Notes: generated by a model from the sequence alone, not told the origin. DNA of 32,000 nt from Mycoplasmoides pneumoniae FH (GCF_001272835.1 NZ_CP010546.1:272809-304808), one strand, 5' to 3'. Shown: positions 19,703-30,628, numbered from the stretch's first letter. Numbers and translations: made by a program.

Positions 19703-19933
19703 ATGGACGCAATTCAAATAGTAATGTTTGTAATGGCAATCCTTTGTTTAATCATCGGTTTATTGCTATCCAACCATGGTTCTACTGGCGGACTTGCTTC
19801 GCTTTCAGGTCAAGATTTGGAAATTTTTCGCAAAACCAAAGACCGCGGAATTGTCAAAATTCTCCAAATTACGATGTTTATTTTAGTAGTGCTTTTTCTT
19901 ATTTTAGGGTTAGTTTTTCATTTTGCGCTTTAA
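19703..19933 (+). CDS. secG: Preprotein translocase subunit SecG (76 aa)
   Basis: Two hydrophobic helices flank GGLASLSGQD and a Gly-rich loop, which is the size and topology of SecG. Confidence 0.85.
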   Translation: MDAIQIVMFVMAILCLIIGLLLSNHGSTGGLASLSGQDLEIFRKTKDRGIVKILQITMFILVVLFLILGLVFHFAL

Positions 19934-19943
19934 AATCTAACAG

Positions 19944-22124
19944 ATGAAAGTATTAACTGATTTACAAAAGCGAATCTTCGCGATTGTGAAAAAAGAGAAC
20001 GGCAAACCTATTCCTCCGGGAATAGTTGTCAGGATGATGGAGAATCAAGCTGGTTTTCCGGGAAAGCAACAGGTATACAGAGCAATTGATGACTTGTTAG
20101 AATGACACATTTTTCGCAAGTCGGGTGGTGCTACAAACCAGCTGTTAATTAACTATGAACTAGCTGATCCGGTATTGGATCAAAAGTTTCAGGGCATTCT
20201 CAATTTAGGTAACAAGAACACTGGTTTTGTCCGTCCCTTAGATGATGACAAAACGGTGTACTATATCCATTTTTCCAACCTAGCGGGAGCACTGGATGGT
20301 GATCTAGTTGAATTCTGTCCGCTCGACAAACCACAGGTAGGTGATAAGTTTGATGCTGCAGTGCTCAAAATTGTGAAGCGCTCCCGGGTGCTGTACGCTG
20401 GTAACTTTTTGATTGAGTACTCCGATTTTGGTCAGGAGTTTCGCATTGTTGCTGACAATCCTCGTTTTTACCTCACCCCGATTGTCAATAAGGCCTCAGT
20501 TCCAGCTGAACTGGAGAGCAATACTAAGGTCGCTTTTCAAATTGATGAGTATGATCCTGCAAATAACCTGTGTAAAGTCTCCATTCAGCAAATCTTGGGG
20601 AATAACGATGAACCGTTAATTAACCTCAAGGCGATTATGTTAGACCACTCGATTGTCTTTGAAAAGAATGATGTGGTCGAACAACAAGCAGCGAAGTTAC
20701 AGTTTGATGAAAAAGAGCAGAGTAAGCCCTACCGCAAGGACTTAACCGAACTTGCCTTTGTCACGATTGACCCCGCCACTTCCAAGGACTTGGATGATGC
20801 GATTTACGTCAAGCGCACCGACAAAGGTTTTGTTTTGTATGTTGCCATTGCTGATGTGGCTTACTATGTGCAGCGCAACAGTGAACTTGACATTGAAGCC
20901 CGTCATAAAACAAGCTCAATTTACCTCCCGGGATACTATGTGGTACCGATGTTACCAGAACGTTTATCAAACGAGCTGTGTTCTTTAAACCCAAATGAAA
21001 AGCGGTATGTGGTGGTGTGTGAGTTGAACTTTGATCATGAAGCACGCTTAAACTTTAGTGAAGTGTATCCCGCTACCATTGTCTCCCAACGTCGCTTTGC
21101 TTACAGTGAAGTTAATGATTGACTGGAAGACAGTGATGCTCTAAAGGATGAAAGTGCAACAGTACTAGAGAGCTTAAAGGCTGGTTTTACCTTGAGCGAA
21201 TTGATTGCTGAACAGCGCAAAAAGAAGGGGACTATTGACCTATCTCACAGTGAAACAGAAGTAGTCGTTGATCAAAACTACTACCCGATTGAGATCCGTT
21301 TTCTCACCCACGGCAAGGCGGAAACAATGATCGAAAACCTAATGGTGGTTGCCAATGAAGCGGTGGCTTGAACACTTACAAACCACAAAGTTCACTTACC
21401 TTACCGGGTGCATCCCCGACCAAGCAAAAAGAAGTTACAAATGTTGTTGGAAAACATTGTCGAGCTCAAAATTACCCAACCAAACTTTGTACTCGATACG
21501 GTCACTTCCACCCAAATTGCGGCTTGGTTAAAGGAAAATAAGGACAACCCGAGCTATGACATCTTTGTCATCTTGTTATTAAGAACGCTAGGTAAAGCCT
21601 TTTACATTGTTAATCCACTGATACACTTTAGCATTGGTTCACACCACTATACCCATTTCACTTCGCCCATCCGTCGCTATGCTGATTTAACGGTACACCG
21701 TTTGTTGTGGATGAATCTGTTTACTCCAGAGCGTTTTACTGACACTGAGCGTGAACAGCTCAACGCCGAGCTAGAACAAATTTGTGAAACCATTAACGAT
21801 ACTGAGATTAAGATTAATGGTTGTGAACGGACTGCCAACGATTACTTAACTACGCTGTATTTGTCTAAACAAGTGGGACAAACTTTCCACGGTTTTATTT
21901 CCGCTATTACTAGTTTTGGCATCTTTATGCGAATGGATGAAAACAACTTTGATGGACTTATTAAGATTACCTCCATTCCCGAAGACTTCTTTGTCTTTGA
22001 AAAGGATCGGATGGTGTTGCGCGGCAAACGCACCAACAAGGTTTTTAGAATTGGTGATAGGTTAACCGCGAAACTGACTGAAATTGATACAGTGCAGAAA
22101 CGCGCCATTCTAACCCTGGTTTAA
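19944..22124 (+). CDS. rnr: Ribonuclease R (726 aa)
   Basis: From ATG 19944, TGA codons at 20103, 21120 and 21369 read as Trp and join track ORFs 20175..21122 and 21408..22124. RNB catalytic motifs FVTIDPATSKDLDDAIYV and HYTHFTSPIRRYADLTVHR are present. A C-terminal S1 domain is present (GQTFHGFISAITSFGIFMRM). Confidence 0.93.
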
Positions 22125-22732
22125 TGATGACAGTGGAAGTCTTTTCGGTTATTATCCTTGTCCTTTTATTCTTAATCTTAGCGCTTACCTTGTTGTTTGT
22201 TTTACTCAACAAGCGTACTAGAAGCTTTGTTATTCGTACCTTTACTGGATTATTTAGATCAAAGCATACTACCAGTCAAAAGAACTTTTATGACAACTTG
22301 ACCTCAACCTTACTGAGGTTATCAACTGATAAGATTGGTGCCATTATTGCCATTGAAAACCAGGACTCACTCGAGTCTTACGTCAATATTGGCTACCGCG
22401 TGACTTCGGACTTTTCCCCCGAGTTGTTAGTAACGATCTTTTACAACAAGCAGTCGCCACTTCACGATGGAGCGGTAATTGTGCGGGACTACCAGATTGT
22501 GAGTGTGTCCTCTTACTTCCCAATGACACGGCAACTAATTGATGTGTCATACGGTTCCAGACACCGCAGCGCGTTAGGTCTAACCGAAAAGTGTGATGCC
22601 ATAGTCTTTATTGTTAGTGAAACAACAGGCAAAATTTCGGTGGCTGTGCGCGGCGTGATTAAAACACTGTCGAGTAACTCCGACCGTTTACAAGACCAGA
22701 TTATTCACTATCTGACGGTAAAGCCGGGTTAA
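22124..22732 (+). CDS. cdaM: Diadenylate cyclase (c-di-AMP synthase) with a single N-terminal transmembrane helix (202 aa)
   Basis: The start lies in a TAATG overlap with the rnr stop. The TM helix is VFSVIILVLLFLILALTLLFVLL. DAC-domain motifs HDGAVIV, GSRHRSALGLTE and VSETTGKISV are present. Confidence 0.87.
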   Translation: MMTVEVFSVIILVLLFLILALTLLFVLLNKRTRSFVIRTFTGLFRSKHTTSQKNFYDNLTSTLLRLSTDKIGAIIAIENQDSLESYVNIGYRVTSDFSPELLVTIFYNKQSPLHDGAVIVRDYQIVSVSSYFPMTRQLIDVSYGSRHRSALGLTEKCDAIVFIVSETTGKISVAVRGVIKTLSSNSDRLQDQIIHYLTVKPG

Positions 22733-23282
22733 TTACCTTCCACTCTTTATTTGTAAACAAAGGGTTTAGCGGATTAATGCGGTGGTAGTAAAACCGCCCT
22801 TGCAAATGATCGAATTCGTGTTGCAAGCACATCCCAAATAAACCAGTAGCAGTAATGGTGATCTCTTTTTGTTGGAGTCAATCAAAACCAGTGATCGTAA
22901 TCCATTCGTGGCGAATAACATAACCCTGGTGCATTTTGGGAACACTCAAACAACCCTCACCGCTCTTTAAAAAGGATTTGTTGGCACTTAAGTTGATAAT
23001 CTTGGGATTAATTAACAGACACTTGTGTTCCACCCCACCATCCATTAGGTGGATGTAGAACATTTGCTTTCAATAACCAATTTGGTTAGCGGCAATCCCA
23101 ATGCCGGGAATAATGCCATACTTCTCAGCATCACCGTTGTAAGATGCATCAACGTAAGCCATCATTTTGGCAATGCAATCGAGACTCGCTTGGTCTAAGG
23201 GAAACTGAACTGGTTTAGTCGGTTCGTTAATTTCCTTAACATCGTCCAGCACTAGTCATGCTTTAGTTGGCAATAATTCCAT
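22701..23282 (-). CDS. def: Peptide deformylase (193 aa from ATG 23282; an alternative in-frame ATG at 23351 would give 216 aa)
   Basis: On the minus strand, ORFs 23070..23252 and 22878..23063 join through TGA (Trp) codons at 23256-58, 23070-72 and 22878-80 and extend to TAA at 22701-03. The motifs are GIGIAANQIG, EGCLSVP and QHEFDHLQG. Confidence 0.9.
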
Positions 23283-23294
23283 ATTAATTTGCGG

Positions 23295-23313
23295 TAAAAT
23301 TAAAATTATTCTA
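23295..23313. promoter_or_regulatory. Candidate divergent promoter core between def and gmk
   Basis: On the plus strand, tandem TAAAAT boxes lie at 23295-23300 and 23301-23306, 16-22 nt upstream of the gmk ATG at 23323. On the minus strand, TAGAAT (complement of 23308-23313) lies 25 nt upstream of the def ATG at 23282. Confidence 0.4.
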
Positions 23314-23322
23314 AATATTGAA

Positions 23323-23892
23323 ATGGTCGATACAGGGAGAATTTTTGTCATTACCGGACCGAGCGGTGTTGGCAAAAGTAGCCTTGTTAGATGTTTAATT
23401 GACCATTTCAAAGATAAACTGCGCTACAGCATTTCCGCTACCACCCGTAAAATGCGTAACAGCGAAACTGAGGGTGTGGATTACTTCTTTAAAGATAAAG
23501 CGGAGTTTGAAAAACTGATTGCTGCTGATGCCTTTGTGGAGTGAGCGATGTATAACGATAACTACTATGGTACCCTTAAATCCCAAGCTGAACAAATTAT
23601 TCACAACGGTGGCAACTTGGTGTTAGAAATTGAATATCAAGGTGCTTTACAAGTTAAGCAAAAGTATCCCAATGATGTGGTGCTAATTTTTATTAAACCA
23701 CCTTCAATGGAAGAGTTGTTAGTGCGCTTAAAGAAGCGTAATGACGAGGATGCAATAACAATTCAAAACCGATTGAAACAAGCTGAGAAGGAATGTCAAC
23801 AAATTGGTCACTTTAAGTATGTGGTTACCAACAACGAGTTTGACAAGACCTTAGCGGAGTTACAAGCAATTTTACTAGCTGAATTTAATTAA
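23323..23892 (+). CDS. gmk: Guanylate kinase (189 aa)
   Basis: ORFs 23323..23544 and 23548..23892 join through TGA 23542-23544. The P-loop GPSGVGKSS and SATTRKMRNSETEGVDYFF are present. Confidence 0.93.
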
Positions 23893-24671
23893 TGGACAGC
23901 ACCAACCAAAACCTGTTCGCGTCATTGTCCAAAAAAGGACCCGTTCGCAAAGAAAATCAGGACTTTAGTGTTGTTACTTTCAACCGCTTTGGTCAGTTAA
24001 TGAGCCTTGTTTGTGATGGTTTAGGCGGTTATAAGGGCGGTAAGATGGCTAGTGCCTTGGTGAGTGAAGTTTTTACCAAGTCCTTTACAGTCTTTGATTT
24101 TCATAGTCAAACTGAAAGGGCAGTGAAACAGTGGTTTGAAATTACTTTAATTGAAGCGCGGCGCACCTTAGAACAGTACTTTCAAACAATTAAACGTAAC
24201 CAAGTCCAGTTTGCGCGAATGGCGACTACCTTAGTGTTGAGTATTATAAGTAAGCAAAACATTTGAACCTTTTGGGTGGGTGATTCACGTGCTTATTTAA
24301 TTAACAGTTACCAAAGCTTGCAAATTACCGAAGACCATAACCTGTACAACCAACTGTTACAGATGCACGCTACCCCTGATGTGATTGCCTCTTATAAAGA
24401 CAAGCTGTTAGCCCTCACTGCTACCGTTTCCAAAGATCAGGAACGCCAGTTGAAATACAGCTTTAGGTGTGATGTAGTAAACGCTTGGGACTTTTTACTG
24501 TTGTGCTCTGATGGTCTGTACAACTTCTTGGATCCCAACTGCTTTTATGAGGTCATTACTAGTGCACCTAACCTCAAAAAGGCCGTTACACAACTAGCAA
24601 AGTTGAGCTTGGATAACGCTAGTAATGACAACATTACGCTCAACTTGATTAATTTAAAACAATGGCACTAA
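23892..24671 (+). CDS. prpC: PP2C-family Ser/Thr protein phosphatase (259 aa)
   Basis: ORFs 23892..24266 and 24276..24671 join through TGA 24264-24266. PP2C motifs RKENQDF, VCDGLGG, GDSRAY, CSDGL and NDNITL are present. The start lies in a TAATG overlap with gmk. Confidence 0.9.
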
Positions 24672-25831
24672 ATTTAAAGATTGGTGACATTGTCCAAAAC
24701 AAGTACCGGATTGAAAAGCTAATCAACCGTGGCGGGATGAACTCTTACCTGTTTTTAGCGAGCAACCTCCACGTCCAGGAATTTGGTCCACTGCAAAAGC
24801 GCCAGTTTACCCGGTTGGTGTTAAAGGTAGTACAACGCACCGACAAGATTAACGACAACAACTGGAAGAAGTTTTTGGATGAAACCATTACCACGACACG
24901 GGTGTCACACAAAAATCTGGTGCAAACCTTTGATGTAGTTAGCCCCCGTTTAAGCGTTTTGAGTGAAAACCAGGTGATCGTTTTAGAGGACACGGTGATG
25001 ATTGTAATGGAGTATGTTGATGGTCCTTCTTTGCGTGAAATGCTCAACCAGAAGGGTTACTTTAGTGTGCAGGAGGTGGTGTACTACTTTACAAAGCTAG
25101 TCAAAGTAATTAACTACCTCCACAGTTTTGAACACCAAATTATTCACCGTGATCTAAAGCCAGAAAACATCCTGTTTACGAGTAACTTGACTGACATTAA
25201 ACTGCTTGACTTTGGCATTGCTTCCGCTGTTATTCGTAACGCTGAGAAAACTGAAGTGTTAACGGACGAAAACTCGTTGTTTGGTACAGTTAGTTATATG
25301 ACACCCGAAGTGTTGGAAAGTACTGTCAACAAAGAAGGCAAACGGATTCGTAAACCCCCTACAGTTCAGTATGACATCTATTCATTAGGAGTTATTTTGT
25401 TTGAAATGTTAGTCGGACGCGTACCGTTCAATAAATCGATTGATCCTAAAAAAGAACGGGAAACCATCCAAAAGGCGCGTAACTTTGATGTACCTTTAAT
25501 GGGAAACTTGCGCAGTGATGTTCCGGTTAGTTTGGAAAACATTGTCTTTAAATGTACGGCTGTTAAACGTGAAAACAGTAAGTGGATGTATAGTGACACG
25601 AAGCAACTCTTGGCTGATTTGGCGCAATGACAAACCGAGCAAACCTTAATTAAACCAGTGCACGAACGTATTCTAGAAGGACAAAACGAAATGCGTGAAC
25701 TAATGGTAAGTAATTACCTACCGTGGTATTTAAGGAAGGGTGTTTTGATCTTTTTTTCTGTTGTTTTATTAGCACTCTTAATTGCTGTAGTTAGCTTTTT
25801 TATTATTACTGGGGTAGTTGTCCATTCGTAA
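24662..25831 (+). CDS. prkC: Hanks-type Ser/Thr protein kinase with a C-terminal membrane anchor and no extracellular domain (389 aa)
   Basis: Kinase motifs HRDLKPEN, DFG and SYMTPE are present. Track ORF 24662..25630 continues through TGA 25628-25630 to TAA 25829-25831. The C-terminal TM helix VLIFFSVVLLALLIAVVSFFIITGVVV is followed by only HS. Confidence 0.92.
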
Positions 25832-26654
25832 AACTGGCATAGTATTTCAACGCTTTGGAAAGCAGTTTAAGGTGTTTGTAGAAAACCAAACACTAGTTGC
25901 TTTTGCACAGAAAAAACTACAGTGAAAGCGCGATTTTAAACTGTTAGTTGGGGACAAAGTTACCCTTGAGAATGGTGTCATTGTCGCAGTTGAAGAGCGT
26001 AAAAACACACTGGTGCGCCCAAAGGTAGTTAATGTAGATCAGGTAGTAATAGTCCAATCACTAATTGAACCCAAGATTAACTGACAACAGTTGTTTAAAT
26101 TGTTAATCCATTTTCACGCTCAAAACGTGGCACGGTTAGTGTTAGTCATTACTAAAAACGACCTTGAGTTTGAACCTGCTGAAAAAGCCCGTTTAAGTGA
26201 ACTAACCAGCTTTGGTTACCAACTCTTTTTTACAGCCCCTAATGCTGATTTACCTCTCACTTTATTTACAGAATTGCAAAACCGTTTTAGTGTATTCATG
26301 GGACAATCAGGGGTCGGTAAGTCTAGCCTTATTAACCGTTTGGACAGTCAAATTCACCAAGCGATCCAAGCGCTTTCAGCACACCAGTTCGGTAAAAACA
26401 CCACCACTTCCACGGTGATGTTTCCCTTCCAAAACGGCTTTATTTGTGACACCCCTGGCTTTAATGTAATTGACTTTCCCAACCTCAAACAATTAGCAGC
26501 CCAACACTTTGTCGGTTTTGCTAGCTTAATTGGTCAATGCCATTTTTCCAACTGCACCCATCAAAGCGAAAAAGGTTGTTTTATTGTAAGTGCTGTAACC
26601 CAAAAATCGTATTCCTTGTGACTTTATGAGAGCTATCTAAAGTTGATTAATTAA
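25818..26654 (+). CDS. rsgA: Ribosome small-subunit biogenesis GTPase RsgA (about 278 aa from TTG 25818)
   Basis: Frame 3 is open from 25818 through TGA 25923, 26082 and 26619 to TAA 26652-26654. The circularly permuted GTPase motifs are ITKNDL, GQSGVGKSSL and DTPGF. A zinc knuckle CHFSNCTHQSEKGC is present. The start codon is uncertain because there is no ATG near the 5' end. Confidence 0.85.
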
Positions 26655-26675
26655 AATCAACTAAAAAAAGGATTT

Positions 26676-27968
26676 ATGGAAAGTAAATGGTTAACAGTTG
26701 ACACTAAGCACCTCTATGGTTTTGATGAAGCGATTTTTATTCAGAAATACCAAAAAAAAGTTAACCAAATTCACCAACAGTTTTTAAATCAACAACTACC
26801 CGATGGTCACATGAATGGCTGGTATAGTCAACCCGATCAAGACCACAAGGGTTTGCTAAAACAAATTAACACAATTGCCAAACAGTTTAATGCTCTAAAA
26901 GTAACTGACATAGTGTATTTAGGTATTGGTGGTTCTTATACTGGCATTCGTGCCATCTTAGACTTTTTAAAACCAGAACAGAAGGCGAATATCAAAGTGC
27001 ACTTTGTTCCTGACATATCGGCCTTTAACATTGCTGCAGTTGCTAAAGCAATTAAGGGTAAATCATGAGCTTTGGTAGTAACTTCTAAATCTGGTCGCAC
27101 ACTCGAGCCGGCTGTTACCTTTCGGTACTTCCGTAATTTATTGCACAAACAATACAAGCAAAAACATGCTTTACGCACAGTTGTGATTACCGATGCCGTT
27201 AAGGGTTTACTAGTTGGCATGAGTAACCAGTACGGTTATGCACACTTAACTATTCCAAGCAATATTGGTGGGCGTTTTTCAACTCTTTCACCCGCCGGTT
27301 TACTGTTAGCTAAACTTTGTGGTCATGATCCGAAACAGCTCTTATTGGGTACTTTGACAGCCAAACAAGAGTTAGCAAACAGTGATTTAAACACTAATTC
27401 GGCTTATTATTATGCTGCTTTGCGTCACTGACTTTACACGACAAAGAAGCTCAAAATAGAAGTGACGGTAGCATACCACAGTGCTTATGAGTACCTCTTG
27501 TTGCAACACCGCCAACTGTTCGGTGAATCAGAGGGTAAAGGTGGTAAGTCCCTGTTCCCTACCTTTTCGCTATTTACCACTGACTTACACTCAATGGGGC
27601 AGTTGTACCAAGAAGGGGAAAAGAACTTCTTTGAAACAGTGATACAAGTGCAAACACAATTTCACGACTTGGAACTACCACCATCAGACTTTAACAATGA
27701 TGATCAGCTAGATTACTTATTGGCTAAAAGTATGAATGAAATTTCAAACACTGCCCTAGAAGCAGTTGTGGAAGCTCATTTTCAATCAAACGTTAACATC
27801 ATTAAGTTAACGCTCAAAGAAAGAACAACCTTTATGTTTGGTTACTTTTACTTCTGGTTATCAATGGCCACAATGATGAGTGGTTCACTGCTGGGACACA
27901 ACGTCTTTGATCAACCAGGGGTGGAAGTGTACAAGCAGTTAATGTTTGCTAAACTTGGTCGTGAATAG
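26676..27968 (+). CDS. pgi: Glucose-6-phosphate isomerase (430 aa)
   Basis: Three track ORFs (26676..27068, 27072..27431, 27462..27968) share one frame and join through TGA 27066 and 27429. The motifs are GIGGSYTG, SKSGRTLEP, GGRFS and GESEGKG. Confidence 0.95.
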
Positions 27969-28593
27969 GGAAATTGCCTTTTCGCTTTTACCACTGTTAC
28001 ACCAGTTTGACCGCAAGTTGTTAGAACAATTCTTTGCGGACGGCTTGCGCTTAATCCACTATGACGTGATGGACCATTTTGTGGACAACACTGTCTTTCA
28101 AGGGGAACATTTAGATGAATTACAACAAATTGGTTTTCAGGTCAATGTACATTTGATGGTACAAGCATTAGAACAAATCTTGCCAGTATACCTCCACCAT
28201 CAAGCCGTTAAGCGTATTTCCTTTCACGTTGAACCGTTTGATATCCCTACCATCAAACACTTTATTGCGCAAATTAAACAAGCGGGAAAACAAGTCGGTT
28301 TAGCGTTTAAATTCACCACTCCGCTTGTAAATTACGAGCGCTTGGTGCAACAACTGGACTTTGTTACCTTAATGAGTGTCCCCCCAGGAAAGGGCGGGCA
28401 AGCCTTTAACAGTGCTGTTTTTAATAACTTAAAACAAGCCCACAAATACCACTGCTCAATTGAAATCGATGGTGGGATCAAATTAGATAACATTCACCAA
28501 ATCCAGGATGATGTCAATTTTATTGTCATGGGAAGTGGCTTTATAAAATTAGAACGATGGCAGCGCCAACAGCTGCTCAAAACCAATCAATAA
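27946..28593 (+). CDS. rpe: Ribulose-phosphate 3-epimerase (215 aa from TTG 27946)
   Basis: The motifs are HYDVMDHFVDN, MSVPPGKGGQAF, IEIDGGI and VMGSGF. The start is ambiguous among TTG 27946, TTG 27955 and GTG 27961. The gene overlaps the pgi 3' end. Confidence 0.88.
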   Translation: MLNLVVNREIAFSLLPLLHQFDRKLLEQFFADGLRLIHYDVMDHFVDNTVFQGEHLDELQQIGFQVNVHLMVQALEQILPVYLHHQAVKRISFHVEPFDIPTIKHFIAQIKQAGKQVGLAFKFTTPLVNYERLVQQLDFVTLMSVPPGKGGQAFNSAVFNNLKQAHKYHCSIEIDGGIKLDNIHQIQDDVNFIVMGSGFIKLERWQRQQLLKTNQ

Positions 28594-28599
28594 CTTTAT

Positions 28600-29967
28600 A
28601 TGTCTGCAACTGCTATTAGCGATCTCTTTGAAAAACCAGCCCAATTTAAAAACAAGAAAATTAAGCTAACGGGTTGATTGAAAAACAAACGTACTAGCGC
28701 CAACATTATCTTTTTGGAAGTTAATGATGGATCAACGCTGTTAAACCTACAAGCGGTGGTTAAACAAGACCAACCGGAGTTGTTTGCATTAGCTGAATCA
28801 ATTAGTTTAGCGAGTGCTGTAAGTGTTTCTGGTACTGTAGCGTTAACACCCAAATCCAAACAACCCTTGGAATTAGTAGTCAAACAAATTAATGTATTGA
28901 GTACTGCGCGAGCAGACTATCCACTCCAAAAAAAGGAACACAGCTTGGAGTTTTTCCGCAACAACGCCTATTTGCGCGTACGAGCCCGTACCTACTTTGC
29001 CATCATGAAAGTGCGCAGTCTGTTGTCACAAGCCATTTTTGACTACTTCTTTAAGAATGACTTTGTTTTAGTGCACAGTCCAATTCTTACTAGCAACGAC
29101 TGTGAGGGGGCAGGTGAGACCTTTGAATTAAAGCAAGGTAAGGAATTCTTTAATAAGACTACTTACCTTACTGTCAGTGGTCAGTTTGGTGCGGAGTGTT
29201 ACGCCCAAGCCTTTAAAAAAGTGTTTACCTTCGGGCCGACTTTTCGCGCTGAAAAATCACACACTTCACGGCACCTTAGTGAGTTTTGGATGATTGAACC
29301 AGAAGTTGCTTTTGCCAACCTCAAGGACTTAATTAAGCTAATTGAAAGCACTGTCAAAACCGTGATTAAACAGGTTATGCAAAAAGCCAAGCAGGAACTC
29401 GACTTTTTAGAAAAGCAGTTTGATGTCAAATTAATGGAACGCTTAAAGCAAATTACAAGTACCAAAAACTTCCATGTTTTGGAATACATCAAGGCCTTAG
29501 AGATTTTAAAAACAGCCCAAGCTAGTGGTCAAGCTAACTTTGAGGTACAAGACTTTAACTTCGGTTTAGATCTCAAAACGGAACACGAACGCTTTTTGTG
29601 TGAACAGCATTTTCACAACCAACCGGTGTTTGTAATTAACTACCCCAAGGACCTTAAGGCCTTTTACATGAAGCAAAATGCTGATGGTAGAACTGTTGGT
29701 GCGGTTGACCTTTTATTTCCCCAAATTGGTGAGATCTGTGGTGGGAGTGAACGGGAAGGTAATCTAGAAAAACTAGTGGAACGTTGCCAAGCAATGCAAA
29801 TTGATACCCAAACACTTAACTGGTATTTAGATATGCGTAAATGGGGTTACTTTGCCTCAGCTGGCTTTGGTTTAGGGTTTGATCGTTTACTAGCTTACAT
29901 CTGTGGATTGGAAAACATCCGTGATGCGATCCCCTTTCCCCGTGCCCATGGTTCCATTAACTATTAA
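28600..29967 (+). CDS. asnS: Asparagine--tRNA ligase (455 aa)
   Basis: ATG 28600 reads through TGA 28675-28677 (KLTGWLKNKRTS) into track ORF 28678..29967. Class II aaRS motifs FRAEKSHTSRHLSEFWMIE and GLGFDRLLAYI are present. Confidence 0.95.
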
Positions 29968-30607
29968 AACTTGACAGAAAAAGTTACCTAATTGGTTAAC
30001 CATTTACCGCATTTTTATTGCTGTACCTACCATTATTTTTTTGGGATTAAATCACTTACTTGGTAGTGTTGCTAGTTTTACAGTGTTAGGCAATGTCACC
30101 ATTCACCTACAGGTTAGCCTTTTTATTGGGGGAGTCTTGTTTATTACCGCAGTTATTTCTGATTATTTAGATGGGTATTGAGCGCGGAAGTGAAGGGTTG
30201 TGTCTAACTTCGGTAAGCTGTGAGATCCGTTAGCTGACAAGGTGATTATTAACGGTGTCTTAATTGTCCTAGTAGCATATGGCTACTTTCACTTTAGTTT
30301 TTTAATTGTGATTGTGCTGCGTGATTTAGTGCTAGACGGATTGCGCTTTTACGCTCAGGAAAAACAGCTAATTATTCCCGCCAACCAATGGGGTAAGTGA
30401 AAAACCACTTGACAAATGATAGCAATCTTAATGAGCTGTTTTGTGTTTAGTTTTTCTTTGAAGGAAACCAACAGTGCTAACACAAAAATCTTTTACTGAG
30501 CCATAGTGCATTTGCCCTATTATTTAGCTACAGCCTTCTCCTTGGTCTCGTTTGGTATTTACGCCCAACAAATATATAAAACCATTAAGGTTAAAGTAAA
30601 GTTATAA
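29924..30607 (+). CDS. pgsA: CDP-diacylglycerol--glycerol-3-phosphate 3-phosphatidyltransferase (227 aa from ATG 29924, or 219 aa from ATG 29948)
   Basis: This gene is absent from the ORF track because seven in-frame TGA codons (29972, 30179, 30191, 30221, 30398, 30410, 30497) cut it into short pieces. Read with table 4, the frame is open to TAA 30605-30607. It contains LPNWLTIYRIFIAVP and the CDP-alcohol phosphatidyltransferase motif DGYWARKWRVVSNFGKLWDPLAD. Confidence 0.88.
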
Positions 30608-30628
30608 TTTTGGAACTTTCTTATTGTT

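Noticed and set aside
19744-19947. A 67-aa alternative-frame ORF overlapping secG
   Set aside because: The secG frame gives a canonical two-helix SecG. The alternative frame gives an Arg/Phe-rich sequence with no membrane or other motif.
20413-21531. Alternative-frame and antisense ORFs (20413..20619, 20752..20988, 20809..21045 on the minus strand, 21349..21531) within rnr
   Set aside because: All are embedded in the continuous RNase R frame, which carries the RNB motifs. These are shadow ORFs.
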